Source of the DNA: a virus
DNA: 64,000 nucleotides
Reading direction: 5' to 3' (one strand)
IMG/VR virus record: IMGVR_UViG_3300021404_000006
Span: 32,001 to 96,000 of that record
Positions 26,978 through 37,436 of this stretch are shown here, in pieces. The stretch's first letter is position 1. Each line of letters begins with the position of its first letter. A model generated the notes under the pieces. The model was given only the letters and a program-made list of their open reading frames with translations, was not told where the DNA came from and made no database searches. The position numbers and the translations under genes were made by a program.

Positions 26978-27154
26978 ATCACATCTGGAAATGCGAACTG
27001 TGCGGCGATTCTCACACAGCAGACAAGATCCTGAATCACCTGCGCCTTATGCACCCGGACAAAGACGCGGCTCCTGAATTCTGGCCTGACGGTGATCCCG
27101 TGATACTGGAAGACGCGGACGAGTTCTTCCTCTGAGCTGGTAAACTAGGTTAGT

Positions 27155-27475
27155 ATGTCCCGTACTCATCATGCTACCTGCGCATTCCGTCTTAGCTGCG
27201 GGTGCATCGCAGAGTACAATTCTTTCCCTGAGGCCCGGCAGCCTACCGTACTGTGCGGAAACTGCGGGAGGTCAGCCACGATCGACTTCCGCTACCCGGA
27301 CGACAGCGAATCCTGCCACGTTACCTGCCGGGCTGACAGGCCGGGGGGAGGAAGCGTCAGGGTGCGCTGCGGCAAGAGCAAAAGTCATAAAGGCAGCAAG
27401 CACTACGATCCCTCTGTTAGGCTGTCGTTTATCCTGCCAGCTAAGCTGAAGTCGGGAAGGACCGGGAACACGTGA
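27155..27475 (+). CDS. Cys-rich hypothetical protein
   Basis: CGC...CGNC...CHVTC...C...H...H. Confidence 0.45.
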   Translation: MSRTHHATCAFRLSCGCIAEYNSFPEARQPTVLCGNCGRSATIDFRYPDDSESCHVTCRADRPGGGSVRVRCGKSKSHKGSKHYDPSVRLSFILPAKLKSGRTGNT

Positions 27476-27813
27476 ACGAAGACCGGGACGGCGAGATCGC
27501 GATATGGGCGCTGGGCAGGTGGGAGTTTTTCGTACGTGACGGCAAGGGCTGCCCTGTCTGCGGGGCTATCGGAGAAGGACGCCACGGAACCTCGTGCCCC
27601 CACTGGAAGAAGCAGTTCAGGAAGAACGGCAAGGAACTATGAAACTCGGGCCTACTGACTACAACCGCGCTTCCCGTGACCTCGCAGTACGGACGTGGCT
27701 AACGGGCTGTTCGAAGAGAATCCGCTGGTGGACTAGCCAGACATGGAAAATGATTTACCTGCGGGACGCCTACGATCACGGCTACATTCACGGGTACACC
27801 GACAGGGGAGAAG

Positions 27814-28551
27814 ATGATGCCCAGGGTCCTGATCGCATGTGAGATGTCTGGCCGGGTACGCACGCAGTTCGCGCTTCGAGGATGGGACGCCTGGTCGGCT
27901 GACCTGTTGCCTGACGAGTCCGAGATGTGGACAGGCGTACCGCAGGGCAGGTTCAACCGCCATTACCAGGGCGACGTACTCACCATCATCAGGGACGACT
28001 GGGATCTGATCATCGCCCACCCGCCATGCGATCACCTTGGCCAGGTAGGCGCGCGGTACTGGAAAGAGAAACAGGCGGACGGACGCCAGCAGACAGCCGC
28101 CAAGTTCTTCAAGAAGATGATCGAACTCCCCTGCCCTAAAACCTACGTAGTAGTAGAGAATCCGCGTGGCATTATGTCCCAGTGGCGTGAGCCTGACCAG
28201 AAAGTCCAGCCCTGGTGGTTCGGTGACCCGCTGAAAAAAGAGACGTGCCTGTGGTACCGGGGTGCGTGGGGTCCTTCCCGGCCGATGCTGCGTGACTACG
28301 TATACGATGAGCTGCCCCACCTGGTGGCCACTCACACCCTGGCTGACTACCCGGACGGGGTGGGGCGCACGTGCACGGGCGGAGGGAGCTGGCGGACGGA
28401 CACGAAGAACGGCCTGACCGGCATGAACAAGAACTGGGAAGACAGCCAGGGACGGGCGCGGAGGCGTATACTGAGGTCCATCACACCAGAGGGATTCGCC
28501 CGAGCGGCAGCAGAACAGTGGGGTAGCTATGTTGAGGCCCGTCGCCCCTGA
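27814..28551 (+). CDS. Phage C5-cytosine DNA methyltransferase-like protein
   Basis: VLIACEMSG, WDLIIAHPPC, VVENP, QPWWFG, KKETCLW. Confidence 0.7.
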   Translation: MMPRVLIACEMSGRVRTQFALRGWDAWSADLLPDESEMWTGVPQGRFNRHYQGDVLTIIRDDWDLIIAHPPCDHLGQVGARYWKEKQADGRQQTAAKFFKKMIELPCPKTYVVVENPRGIMSQWREPDQKVQPWWFGDPLKKETCLWYRGAWGPSRPMLRDYVYDELPHLVATHTLADYPDGVGRTCTGGGSWRTDTKNGLTGMNKNWEDSQGRARRRILRSITPEGFARAAAEQWGSYVEARRP

Positions 28552-28783
28552 CCCTGACCTGATCGAGTGGCTGTGGTCTGCCGAGGGCAGGCTCTGGCAC
28601 CGTGAGGCCATCAGGAGGGTAGCCCATGCGCACGGGTGGTTCGCTGAAGTCAAAGAGGACCACGAGTGCTACGCGGACGACTGCGAGCCGTACCCCTTCA
28701 TTCCTCACGCTGACGGCATTATCGCATCCGATCTCAAAGCCTACGGAATCTCGGGTGTCCCGGTGGAATGGAAGCTGCACTAG
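28529..28783 (+). CDS. Hypothetical protein
   Basis: Co-oriented overlapping ORF. Confidence 0.45.
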   Translation: MLRPVAPDPDLIEWLWSAEGRLWHREAIRRVAHAHGWFAEVKEDHECYADDCEPYPFIPHADGIIASDLKAYGISGVPVEWKLH

Positions 28784-29280
28784 GAGCGTTGCAAGAAAGT
28801 ATGACGATGAACTACTACCTCGCCTGGCTCCATTTCGACTCTCGTGGAAGGATGAGCACGCGCCTGCCTGACGGGCACCGTGTCCTCCACGTCCTGCACA
28901 ACTCAGGCAGCAACCGGCATCCCCCGGCGCTGTGGGTCCTCGTGGAGGCAGTCGTGGCCACTCCGTCCTACACACCGCCGGCGGGCTTCCCTTCCTCTGA
29001 GGAGGTACCTGTCGAGTACCGCACCCCTACCCAGCCCCCGTCCCAGTCAATGCCGATGTCAGCAGTACCGGCTCCCGTGCCCACGCGAGACTACCGGGGC
29101 GACACAGGAGAGTTCACTTACCGCGAGTCTGACTACCGTGAGCAGGACTACCGCGAGCACACGGACGCCGGCCAGAACGGGCGCACCCGGTACCCGGAAC
29201 TCTCCCCGGAAGCACGCGACGACGACTACCGCCAGAACTACGTCCCGGGGATTCCGATGTCCCCTGCTAGCAGGGGGTAA
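28780..29280 (+). CDS. Hypothetical protein with Pro-rich and DYRE-repeat tail
   Basis: Co-oriented ORF, DYRE/YRE repeats. Confidence 0.5.
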   Translation, partial: LGALQESMTMNYYLAWLHFDSRGRMSTRLPDGHRVLHVLHNSGSNRHPPALWVLVEAVVATPSYTPPAGFPSSEEVPVEYRTPTQPPSQSMPMSAVPAPVPTRDYRGDTGEFTYRESDYREQDYREHTDAGQNGRTRYPELSPEARDDDYRQNYVPGIPMSPASRG

Positions 29281-29283
29281 ACC

Positions 29284-29580
29284 GTGTTCACCAAGGTCCA
29301 TCCGGTAACCAGCATCGATGACGCCCTGACTCAGCTAGACACCCGTGTTCCGCTGCTTCACTCAGAGCTGGTGCTGATCGTGCAGAGCCTGTACGACCTG
29401 GCATTCCGCGAGGGTGCCCGTCAGGGGCGGCAGGCCGGGGTCGAAGCCATGCAGAATGCCGGGCGCGAGCAGGAAGACCCCGGTCTGCTGGTGGACCCCG
29501 GCCTGTCGTACCGAGACCCCACCACAATTATCCGCGAGCGCCTGGCAGCCACCGAACGCGCAAGGAACGGCAAATCCTGA
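29284..29580 (+). CDS. Hypothetical protein
   Basis: Operon packing. Confidence 0.5.
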   Translation: MFTKVHPVTSIDDALTQLDTRVPLLHSELVLIVQSLYDLAFREGARQGRQAGVEAMQNAGREQEDPGLLVDPGLSYRDPTTIIRERLAATERARNGKS

Positions 29581-29581
29581 G

Positions 29582-30037
29582 GTGACCTACTACCTGGGTG
29601 TCGATCCCGGCCCGAGCACAGGCATTGCCCTGCTGAACCTGGAAGACGGCTGCTCGCCGGAGTGGACCGTCTTCCAGGTTAACGGGGCCGGCGCACCCTG
29701 GCTGCTGACTGAGCTTTGCCGGGCCTTCTGCCCCCGGGCGGTGTCCTACGAGGAATTCGTGGCGTCCAACCGGGCGGGAACCAAAGGGAAAGCAGCCCAG
29801 GAGACACGAAGAATCGCTGACCAGGTTGAACCGATCGCCAGAGCGAACTGCCGCCGCAGTACTCCTGTTTACGTAGTTGCGCGCAGGGCTACCGATGTAT
29901 TTGGCTGGGCTACTGAGAAGCGGCTGGAGAAATCGGGGTTCCCGCTCGGGCCGAAGTTCAGGGACGCACGAGCCGCAGGCAAGCACGTGCTGTACCTTGC
30001 AGTGCGAGACGGAAAGGAGCGAGATCCGCTGGCGTGA
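29582..30037 (+). CDS. RuvC-like Holliday junction resolvase
   Basis: YLGVDPGPSTGIA N-terminal RNase-H motif, VSYEEF, RDARAAGKH. Confidence 0.65.
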   Translation: MTYYLGVDPGPSTGIALLNLEDGCSPEWTVFQVNGAGAPWLLTELCRAFCPRAVSYEEFVASNRAGTKGKAAQETRRIADQVEPIARANCRRSTPVYVVARRATDVFGWATEKRLEKSGFPLGPKFRDARAAGKHVLYLAVRDGKERDPLA

Positions 30038-30261
30038 ACAACGAAGTTAATACCTGCTGCCCCGTCTGCGGTACCTGGTTTTACCGTGCGCCTGGTTCAC
30101 GGCAAAAGTACGACAAGCCGCTATGCCGGAAAATAGGGTTGAACAAAGCTGCGCGAATCCGGCGAAAGAAGGCCAGTACACGCCGGCTCTCCTAATGACG
30201 ACAACGGTCCTGTCTCGTAGACTGAAGAAGATATCTATGTCTACAGCAAGGAGGCAGGCTG

Positions 30262-30897
30262 GTGGACCCGGCAACCATTTCGGCAGTCATCCTTGCAGTC
30301 GCTACGATTATAGGCTTGGTAGTCGCTTATATCCAGTGGCGCGAAAATCACAGCGACCGGATCAGCGGAAAGCTCAGTCATACGGTAAAGACTATTATCC
30401 AGCAGGAAAGCGAGCCTATTAAAGCCGCTGTCAGCGATCATTCGGTCAGGCTTACCCAGACGGGCGACAGGCTGAACAGGATCGAAGAACTGCTGAAGGA
30501 TATTGCCCAGGATCAGCGCCAGTCTAATGACACTGTTACCAAGATGGGCGTAAAAGTAGACATGTACTGGGCTAGCCTGGAGGCACTGGCTATGAACTCA
30601 GCGAAGGGGCTGCACCAGCCTGATCCCCGCCGTCAGCGCATTGACGACCTGCTAGAAGCGTTCATGGAAGGCGTGCTTACCGACAGCGAGCGCATTGAAC
30701 TGAAGAAAATCCTGGTGCAGATCCGCAATTACGAGCCAGAAGGCCCAGACCTTGAATTTCCCGTGTACCCTGGCGAGCATACCCTTGCTGCTATCCTCCT
30801 TAGTACAATAGATATGGTAGATCCTGCTAGGATAGCATTGCTCGGACACGCTGCGCACAGGTCGGTTGCGCACAAGCTAAAAAGGGAGGGTAAGTAA
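30262..30897 (+). CDS. Membrane-anchored coiled-coil protein
   Basis: N-terminal TM segment, GGAGG RBS. Confidence 0.6.
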   Translation: MDPATISAVILAVATIIGLVVAYIQWRENHSDRISGKLSHTVKTIIQQESEPIKAAVSDHSVRLTQTGDRLNRIEELLKDIAQDQRQSNDTVTKMGVKVDMYWASLEALAMNSAKGLHQPDPRRQRIDDLLEAFMEGVLTDSERIELKKILVQIRNYEPEGPDLEFPVYPGEHTLAAILLSTIDMVDPARIALLGHAAHRSVAHKLKREGK

Positions 30898-31259
30898 TGA
30901 GTAATCCAGAAGCGAATTTCATGCTTGCCGCTGAAAAGGCAATAGCCGATCTTCAGGATGAAGTTAAGAAAGGCCGTACTGCGGCGCGCAGGAAAACAGC
31001 ATGGAATATAATTCTCAGCATCGTTGCCGCAGCTACCATCCTGCTCGGCCTTCAGCTCCACCAGCAGGCAGTTTCCTCGTGTCAGGCTGGCAATGACCGG
31101 GCAACGGGCACGATTGTGACGATAGACAGGCTGACATTTCTTCTCGAAGGCCCGCATCCTAGTGCGAAGGTACAGAAAGCAGCCGCTGAGTACGAAGCTT
31201 ACGTAGCCCAGCACAATGCCCCCCGAAACTGCACGCAGGCCTATCACATCATCCCGTAA
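30897..31259 (+). CDS. Membrane protein
   Basis: Single TM segment, coupled start. Confidence 0.6.
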   Translation: MSNPEANFMLAAEKAIADLQDEVKKGRTAARRKTAWNIILSIVAAATILLGLQLHQQAVSSCQAGNDRATGTIVTIDRLTFLLEGPHPSAKVQKAAAEYEAYVAQHNAPRNCTQAYHIIP

Positions 31260-31296
31260 ACCCGGCTGATAGAATTCCCAAGGGGAGGAGGTAAGC

Positions 31297-31629
31297 ATGG
31301 AGGAAAACAAGAACACTGACGGCACGGTGATGAGCAAGCTAAAGCCGATCGTGACCATGCTTACCGAAGCCCTGATCAAGGACTTCGCTCCTGCGTACCG
31401 TAAAGCAGAAGAAGCAGAACTGTGGATTCGCACGGCTGAGGACAACACAGAAGCCGTGGTTACCGCAGAACAGCTTCAGAAAGACGTGGAGACCTGGCTG
31501 CTGGGACTGGAAGCCGAAATGGAAAACGACTCTGACCGTCAGTACGCCAAGATGGTCACGAACATGATCCGCAAGAACCCCGGCTGGGTAAAGCTGCTAA
31601 CCAACCGGGTTAAGCGCAGGATCTCATGA
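31297..31629 (+). CDS. Hypothetical protein
   Basis: GGAGG RBS. Confidence 0.6.
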   Translation: MEENKNTDGTVMSKLKPIVTMLTEALIKDFAPAYRKAEEAELWIRTAEDNTEAVVTAEQLQKDVETWLLGLEAEMENDSDRQYAKMVTNMIRKNPGWVKLLTNRVKRRIS

Positions 31630-32081
31630 GGGACCCGCTAAGGTACCACCGTGGTCACAAGGACAAGCACGGAACGTTCGGCAATGACACGTTCGGGCGG
31701 GTAGCGGAAAAGGTAGCCCGGTTCCTGGGCACCCCGAAGTTCATCGGCATCCAGACGGCCATCGTAATCTGCTGGATTATCCTCAATGTGACTGCCGTGG
31801 TGCATCACTGGGACCCGTACCCGTTCATCCTGCTCAACCTCACGTTTTCTACCCAGTCCGCTTACGCCGCGCCCATGATCCTGCTCGCGCAGACACGGCA
31901 GGCTGACCGCGACAAGGCCAGCGAGGAAGCAGACGCCCGCCACCGCGAGGAACTGGCCCTCAGCCAGAGCCAGCAGCTCAAGGTCAACCTGGACCTGACT
32001 ACGGCCATCCACACCATGACCGAACAGCAGATGACAATCTTGAACATCATCGAAAGCCGGGGAATTAACCCCGGGGGTTAG
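31626..32081 (+). CDS. DUF1003 membrane protein
   Basis: WDPYPFILLNLTFSTQSAYAAPMILLAQTRQ. Confidence 0.85.
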   Translation: MRDPLRYHRGHKDKHGTFGNDTFGRVAEKVARFLGTPKFIGIQTAIVICWIILNVTAVVHHWDPYPFILLNLTFSTQSAYAAPMILLAQTRQADRDKASEEADARHREELALSQSQQLKVNLDLTTAIHTMTEQQMTILNIIESRGINPGG

Positions 32082-32095
32082 GCGTTCCAGCTAGC

Positions 32096-32845
32096 ATGAC
32101 CAGCACAACGCACATCATCACCGTCATGAACCGGGCCTGGCAGGCCATCCAGCGCAACCATCCCGAAGTCCCGGCCGTGATGATCGTCACAGGCCGCCGC
32201 CGCCACAAGTCCGAGGGCAACATCCGGGGCCAGCACTGCCGGGAGACCTGGCACGTGGACGGTCACGAAGGCCGTCAGGCAGAGGTGTGGGTGTCCGGCG
32301 AGCGGCTAGCCGAGGGTCCCGAGGCAGTAATGCAGACAATGCTCCACGAGGCCGCGCACGCGCTCGCCGTAGTCCGGGGACTGAAGGACACATCCAACAA
32401 GAACCGCTACCATAACAAGGTCTTCGTCAAGCTAGCCGAGGAACTAGGGCTGGAAGGCCCTGAGTCCTCGGGAGGCCCGGCGCTCGGCTACTCTGACTGC
32501 TCCATCACCAAGAGGACTGCCGAGGTCTACGACTACGAGATCAAGCAGCTGGGCGAGGCATGCAAGAACTTCGTCGCGGCGCGCGAGCAGGAAACTGCCG
32601 CTCCCCGGAAGGCATCGGTCAAGGCGTTCTGCCAGTGCCCCGAGGGAGAAAACGAGCTGACCTGGACCAAGAAGTTCAGCAAGAAGCTACAGGACCACGG
32701 TGTTCCGCCTATCCTGTGCGGTATCTGCCGACAGGCGTTCGTGCCTGAAGACGACCCGGAAGAGCCTGTCGATAGAAATGCCGTTCTAGTACACCTGCAA
32801 GAGAAAGCCTGCCTGCTCAAGCGGCTTACAGGAGAGGATCTGTAA
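32096..32845 (+). CDS. SprT-like zinc metalloprotease
   Basis: TMLHEAAH...RYHNKVF, C-terminal CxC...CGIC. Confidence 0.7.
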   Translation: MTSTTHIITVMNRAWQAIQRNHPEVPAVMIVTGRRRHKSEGNIRGQHCRETWHVDGHEGRQAEVWVSGERLAEGPEAVMQTMLHEAAHALAVVRGLKDTSNKNRYHNKVFVKLAEELGLEGPESSGGPALGYSDCSITKRTAEVYDYEIKQLGEACKNFVAAREQETAAPRKASVKAFCQCPEGENELTWTKKFSKKLQDHGVPPILCGICRQAFVPEDDPEEPVDRNAVLVHLQEKACLLKRLTGEDL

Positions 32846-33064
32846 ATGGACCCCCGGCACTATCCCCACCCGCAGATACCTGGTCATATGATCGTCGTGG
32901 ACCTGGACTCCCGCACCCCTCTGACCGAACTGGAAGCCGACGCCCTGAACAATGCAGTCGGGTACATGACGGACGCACGGCATAAGCTGACCGAGGATAT
33001 CCGCAAAACAACTCAGCGCCTCGTGCTGTCCGGAGAGAAGATAAACGGACAGGTGAAAGAGTAA
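32846..33064 (+). CDS. Hypothetical protein
   Basis: Operon packing. Confidence 0.5.
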   Translation: MDPRHYPHPQIPGHMIVVDLDSRTPLTELEADALNNAVGYMTDARHKLTEDIRKTTQRLVLSGEKINGQVKE

Positions 33065-33315
33065 TGGACCCGAAAGAAGTACTCATGCACTATCGCGCGG
33101 CACGGGCGGCCGGAGAGGAGAGTGCGTGCGGGAATAAGATTCGTCACGAGGAGGAGCGCAAGGCGGAACGGCACGCGCTCAATCTAAACCGGCGGCCGGC
33201 AGTACTGGCCGGAGAGAAGAACCGTGTAGAGCCCTACCCGTGCCCGTTCTGTTTTTTCTGGCACGTCGGCCGGAAGATGACTACCGAAGAACGGGAAAAA
33301 TATGGAGAAAAGTAA
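33064..33315 (+). CDS. Zn-finger hypothetical protein
   Basis: CGNKIRH...PYPCPFC..WHVG. Confidence 0.6.
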   Translation: MDPKEVLMHYRAARAAGEESACGNKIRHEEERKAERHALNLNRRPAVLAGEKNRVEPYPCPFCFFWHVGRKMTTEEREKYGEK

Positions 33316-33550
33316 GATCCATCCTTCGCACAAGATGAGGGACAATGACTGGGGTGACGACCGGCACTGCATGGAAACCTGCGAAGGGTGCAGCTATTCC
33401 CACTGCTATGTGTGCAGGACCGGCGACGGCATAGACGATGATGAACTTCAGGTACCGTGCATCGGCTTCCCCTGGTACGAGGGCGTGTGGAAAGCTGCCG
33501 CCCTGATCGGCAGGAAGTCCGGCACAGGCTGGCCGAAGAAACCCGCCTAG
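33302..33550 (+). CDS. Cys-rich hypothetical protein
   Basis: Overlapping co-oriented ORF. Confidence 0.45.
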   Translation: MEKSKIHPSHKMRDNDWGDDRHCMETCEGCSYSHCYVCRTGDGIDDDELQVPCIGFPWYEGVWKAAALIGRKSGTGWPKKPA

Positions 33551-33565
33551 CGTACGCTCCGGTTT

Positions 33566-34108
33566 ATGAGGAACAATCATAAATGGACGTTCAGTACTCT
33601 CCAGGCATTCATTGAGCAGCGAATAGACAACCTGGAGAAGATGCTAAACGAGCGCTACCAGACGCAGACAAAGGCAACCGACGCGGCATTCGTAGCCCAG
33701 CAGACCGCTATGAAAACTGCGTTCGACGCGGCCGACAAGGCTGTACAGGCTGCCCTGGCTGCGGCAAAGGAAGCAGCGGCAAAGGCAGAGGCGGCGGCTA
33801 AGGACAGGTTTGCTGCGGTGAACGAATTCCGTGGCCAGCTATCCGACCAGGCCGCCACCCTTGTCAGCCGCACCGAGCACAATGCTCAGCTACAGGCGCT
33901 AGCCGACAAGATTGATGTTCTCGGAGCACGCCTTAACGCCCTGGAACTACGGCTTACTTCGCGCCTTGACCTGGGCCAGGGGCACGATGAGGGTAGCTCC
34001 CACCAGACCGATAGCCGCCAGCGGTCCATGGCTCTGGCCGGCCAGTGGATCGCCCTCGCGGTTATCGCTATCGGTCTGGTAGTCACTATCCTCGTAGCAG
34101 TCCTCTAA
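33566..34108 (+). CDS. Coiled-coil protein with C-terminal TM anchor
   Basis: AAKEAAAKAE...NEFRGQLSD, C-terminal hydrophobic helix. Confidence 0.65.
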   Translation: MRNNHKWTFSTLQAFIEQRIDNLEKMLNERYQTQTKATDAAFVAQQTAMKTAFDAADKAVQAALAAAKEAAAKAEAAAKDRFAAVNEFRGQLSDQAATLVSRTEHNAQLQALADKIDVLGARLNALELRLTSRLDLGQGHDEGSSHQTDSRQRSMALAGQWIALAVIAIGLVVTILVAVL

Positions 34109-34139
34109 CTACCTAAAGAACTACCCAAACTACCTAAAA

Positions 34140-35264
34140 CTAGACAGGATTGATCTGAAGCAGCCGGGTCTGGGACGCGGACAAGTTGATGCTCGCCGCT
34201 GAGAACGCCCCTCCCGTAGTCCCTGCCCACACGTCCGTAGCCGTGGCGGTCGGGGTGCTGATGTTGAGCTGGTCCAGGGTGAACAGCGCCGACGCGGCCC
34301 CCGAGCCCATGTTCACGAAGCAGACGGCCTGCCCGCCGAGCGGATCGGGCTTCACGAGAGCCTGGATGTTTCCCACCGTTACGGAGTAACCGCACTGCTG
34401 GCCGCTCTGGTCGATCGCAATGAGGTGCTGGTTGGACAGGTCGGCTACCGCAGCGGCGGGCAGCGCGGTCAGGTCAGCCGAGATAAGCAGCGGGCTTGCC
34501 TCCATCGCCCACACCGCGAGCTGGTTCCGGAGATCCTGGACGGTCCACCCGCTGATGCCGGGATAGCCGGGCGCAACCATGTCCAGGTCGTTCCAGTGCC
34601 CCGGACCCGCGTACCCGTGCAGGTGCAGGTCGGCGGCGAGCGCGCTCTGCATGGCCGGGTAGGCGTTCGCCTGGGTCAGCGGGTACTCGTCAGGGGCGAC
34701 GCGCCACATGTTCGCGAAGCCGGCTGAGTCCTGCACGGTCTTCAGGAAGCCTGTCTTTCCCATCTGGTAGACCGGAAGCTCCTGCGAGTACACGACTGAC
34801 GGGTTGAAGTCCCGAAGCGCCTGGCCGAAGAGCCGGTAGTCCTCCGTCAGCGTGTCCTGGTTGGTGTAGGACGGCAGTCCCCCGCACAGGTCCACTTTCA
34901 CCAGGTCGATGCCCCAGTTAGCGAAGGTCTGCGCGTCAAGGGCGTAGTGGCCGCCGCTGCCGGTGAGATGCTGGCAGGTCTGGGTGCCGATCGACGTGTA
35001 GATGCCCATCTTCAGCCCGAGCCCGTGGAGCTGGGCAGCGAGCCAGGGCATGCCGCTGGGGAACTTGGCCGGGTCGGGCTGGAGGGTGCCGTCCGCTGCG
35101 CGTGCCGCGCTGGCCCACCCGTCGTCCAGGTTGAAGTACGTGTAGCCGGCAGCAGACAGGCCGCTGCTTACGAGAGCCTGAGCCTGGGTGAGGACAAGCT
35201 GCTCGCTGATCGCGGCGCGGAAGGCATACCAGGTGTTGAAGCCCATAACAGGAAGATTAGTCAC
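34140..35264 (-). CDS. Glycoside hydrolase family 27 (alpha-galactosidase/melibiase)
   Basis: PVMGFNTW, YFNLDDGW, KFPSGM, WGIDLVKVDLC, GHWNDLDM. Confidence 0.9.
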   Translation of the reverse strand: MTNLPVMGFNTWYAFRAAISEQLVLTQAQALVSSGLSAAGYTYFNLDDGWASAARAADGTLQPDPAKFPSGMPWLAAQLHGLGLKMGIYTSIGTQTCQHLTGSGGHYALDAQTFANWGIDLVKVDLCGGLPSYTNQDTLTEDYRLFGQALRDFNPSVVYSQELPVYQMGKTGFLKTVQDSAGFANMWRVAPDEYPLTQANAYPAMQSALAADLHLHGYAGPGHWNDLDMVAPGYPGISGWTVQDLRNQLAVWAMEASPLLISADLTALPAAAVADLSNQHLIAIDQSGQQCGYSVTVGNIQALVKPDPLGGQAVCFVNMGSGAASALFTLDQLNISTPTATATDVWAGTTGGAFSAASINLSASQTRLLQINPV

Positions 35265-35281
35265 GTTCTCACCTTACAGGA

Positions 35282-37339
35282 TTACCTAATCGGGCAGGCA
35301 CCTGAGGAACATTCCTCGTTGGTGCCGTCTTCGATCGCGGTGGCTACCGCTGCCTCGTACTGCTCGCGGGTAATGCGAGTGTACGGGGCCTGTGGCCTGC
35401 TTGCATCCACCATGATTGTCGTTCCCTTCAGGTAAGGCAGGTAAGCCGCCAGGATGCTGTACAGCTCCGGCTCGGACATGCTGCCCTCGGGAATGTTTAC
35501 CGTGTAGCTGACCGCGTTGTCTGCCCAGCATTCCTGATAAACCCTCTGGACGTTAAGCATGTCCGAGACAGACAGGTCTTCCGTGCTCTCCACCACGTCA
35601 TCAGGAAATCCGAGCGACCGCACCTGGCTGAGCAGGATGTCCTCGGTAGGGTAAACGACTACGGCAGTCATTCCCGACATGTCATATACGTCGTCTTCCA
35701 CCGTGAATCCCTTGCTCATTGCTTCCATCACGGTCTGGAACTGGGCGTCGTCGCGCTTGGAAAAACGAACGCGGCGCTCGAAGTACCTGGCGTAGATCGG
35801 GTGGATGCCCTCAGAGACCCCTGGGAGCTTCGCTACGGACCCTGTAGGGGCGACGGTGGTCACCTTTACCGGCTCGGGGATACGGAGCTTGAAGGCGTAC
35901 TCACGGGCCTCCTGGCGCACCTTGACGTACAGCTCCCTGAGTTCCTTCGGAGCGTAGGCCGGAATGTCACTGTACCTGACGCCGCGCTTGGCCCAGTATC
36001 CCTGCACGCCGAGGTGGCCTAGTCCGATCCTGCGGTTCCTGGCGAGCTTGGCCCGCTGGCCGTCGTCATTCACGTCGCCGTAGGTGGCACGGATGAGAAA
36101 ACGGGTCATCAGCCGGTGGGCCTCAAACATTTCCTCCCGCGTTTTATCCCAGAAATAGTCCATGTTGACGTGGCCGAGGTTGCAGTTCTCCCATGCTTCC
36201 AGCGGGATTTCGCCGCACGGGTTGGTCGCTATTATTTCCCCGATTTCACCTTTCTGGCTAAGCGAGGAATTCCAGTAGCCCGGCTCGCCATTAGCCAGCA
36301 TTCCCTTGACAACCATGGCGTGAACCGCATGCGCCTGATACTGCATAGAATTCGTAGTACTGCCCGGTCCCTTCAAGGACGCGAGGAACTCATCGTCTAT
36401 TTCTACGGAGATATTGGTGGTCCAGTGCAGCCCTGGAATCTTCTTGCACTCCAGGAAATTAAAAATATGAGGGTCGTCCCAGCGGACAATGGACATGCGC
36501 GCCGACCTGCGATTCCCCCCAGAGACAACACATTCTGCTATCGCGTGCTCGATCTCCATGGCATCTAGTGGCGTGAACTCGCGCTTGTCGAACGACCTGT
36601 TGAGAATCGTCGCTACTTCCAGCAGCATGCGCGCGAGAGGAGCAGGACCGCTGGCAGTACCCCCGAAGGTAAGTAGCGGAGACCCGCTCGGACGGACCCC
36701 GGACACGTCGTAGATCACGTCACTGCTGCCTGCAACACACGACTCTTCTTTTCCGTAAAAGGTATCGATGAGATCGCACAGGGCGTCTGCCCAGCCTTCA
36801 CGGCTGTCCTCTACCTCAAGGTCGGGGTAGCTCTCAGCGATGAACTTGTCACTCAGATATGGGTGAAGCTCGGCCATGTCCGCGTGCGCTGAATCGCAGA
36901 TGACATGCGGCTGGACCTGGCAGACAGGAGCACCGTACCTGCCGGTGTACCTGCCGGAGTAGTTGGAGCCGACGCCGCCGCCTTCCATCAGCCGCAGGAA
37001 ACTGAAACGGAAATGGTCGGAGAGCGAATTGCCCCAGCCGGCTACGTGACAGTTGAACAGGTGCTGGCGTTCCGATACTCCTGTAGCCCACAGGTGCCGT
37101 CCGGCCGGAATGATCGCAAACTGGTTCATGTAATGGCAGAGCCGGTTGTACTCGTCCCATACTTCGTCCGGCCAGGTCCAGTCTTTTTCCGGCTGCCCGT
37201 AGACAAGGGCCAGGTTGCCGCGTGCTACCCTTCGCACAGTCTCGGGCCAGGTTTCCCTGCTGCCGTCCTCCTTGTCCCTTGCGTACGTCCTGTTGTAGAC
37301 AACTTCTCCGGTAGGACCAAACGGTACAGCAGCAGACAC
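35282..37339 (-). CDS. nrdJ: Class II (AdoCbl-dependent) ribonucleotide reductase
   Basis: YNRTYAR, LMEGGGVGSN, VVSGGNRRSA, TNPCGEI, CNLG, TTVAPTGS, C-terminal CSSGACP; GTG at 37339 with AGGAG RBS. Confidence 0.92.
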   Translation of the reverse strand: MSAAVPFGPTGEVVYNRTYARDKEDGSRETWPETVRRVARGNLALVYGQPEKDWTWPDEVWDEYNRLCHYMNQFAIIPAGRHLWATGVSERQHLFNCHVAGWGNSLSDHFRFSFLRLMEGGGVGSNYSGRYTGRYGAPVCQVQPHVICDSAHADMAELHPYLSDKFIAESYPDLEVEDSREGWADALCDLIDTFYGKEESCVAGSSDVIYDVSGVRPSGSPLLTFGGTASGPAPLARMLLEVATILNRSFDKREFTPLDAMEIEHAIAECVVSGGNRRSARMSIVRWDDPHIFNFLECKKIPGLHWTTNISVEIDDEFLASLKGPGSTTNSMQYQAHAVHAMVVKGMLANGEPGYWNSSLSQKGEIGEIIATNPCGEIPLEAWENCNLGHVNMDYFWDKTREEMFEAHRLMTRFLIRATYGDVNDDGQRAKLARNRRIGLGHLGVQGYWAKRGVRYSDIPAYAPKELRELYVKVRQEAREYAFKLRIPEPVKVTTVAPTGSVAKLPGVSEGIHPIYARYFERRVRFSKRDDAQFQTVMEAMSKGFTVEDDVYDMSGMTAVVVYPTEDILLSQVRSLGFPDDVVESTEDLSVSDMLNVQRVYQECWADNAVSYTVNIPEGSMSEPELYSILAAYLPYLKGTTIMVDASRPQAPYTRITREQYEAAVATAIEDGTNEECSSGACPIR

Positions 37340-37436
37340 AGGGGGCTCCTCGGTGGCTTCATCAGGGATGTACATCCTATGATGCGCGGTCCTGGTACGG
37401 GCAGCTACCTCTTGTATTACCAGCCATAGAGTGCTA

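Noticed and set aside
33566-34108. Holin call
   Set aside because: Single C-terminal TM segment and not adjacent to the lysin; insufficient evidence.
34107-34142. Short AACTACC(T/C)AA tandem repeat between convergent genes
   Set aside because: Only about three imperfect copies; no supportable function.
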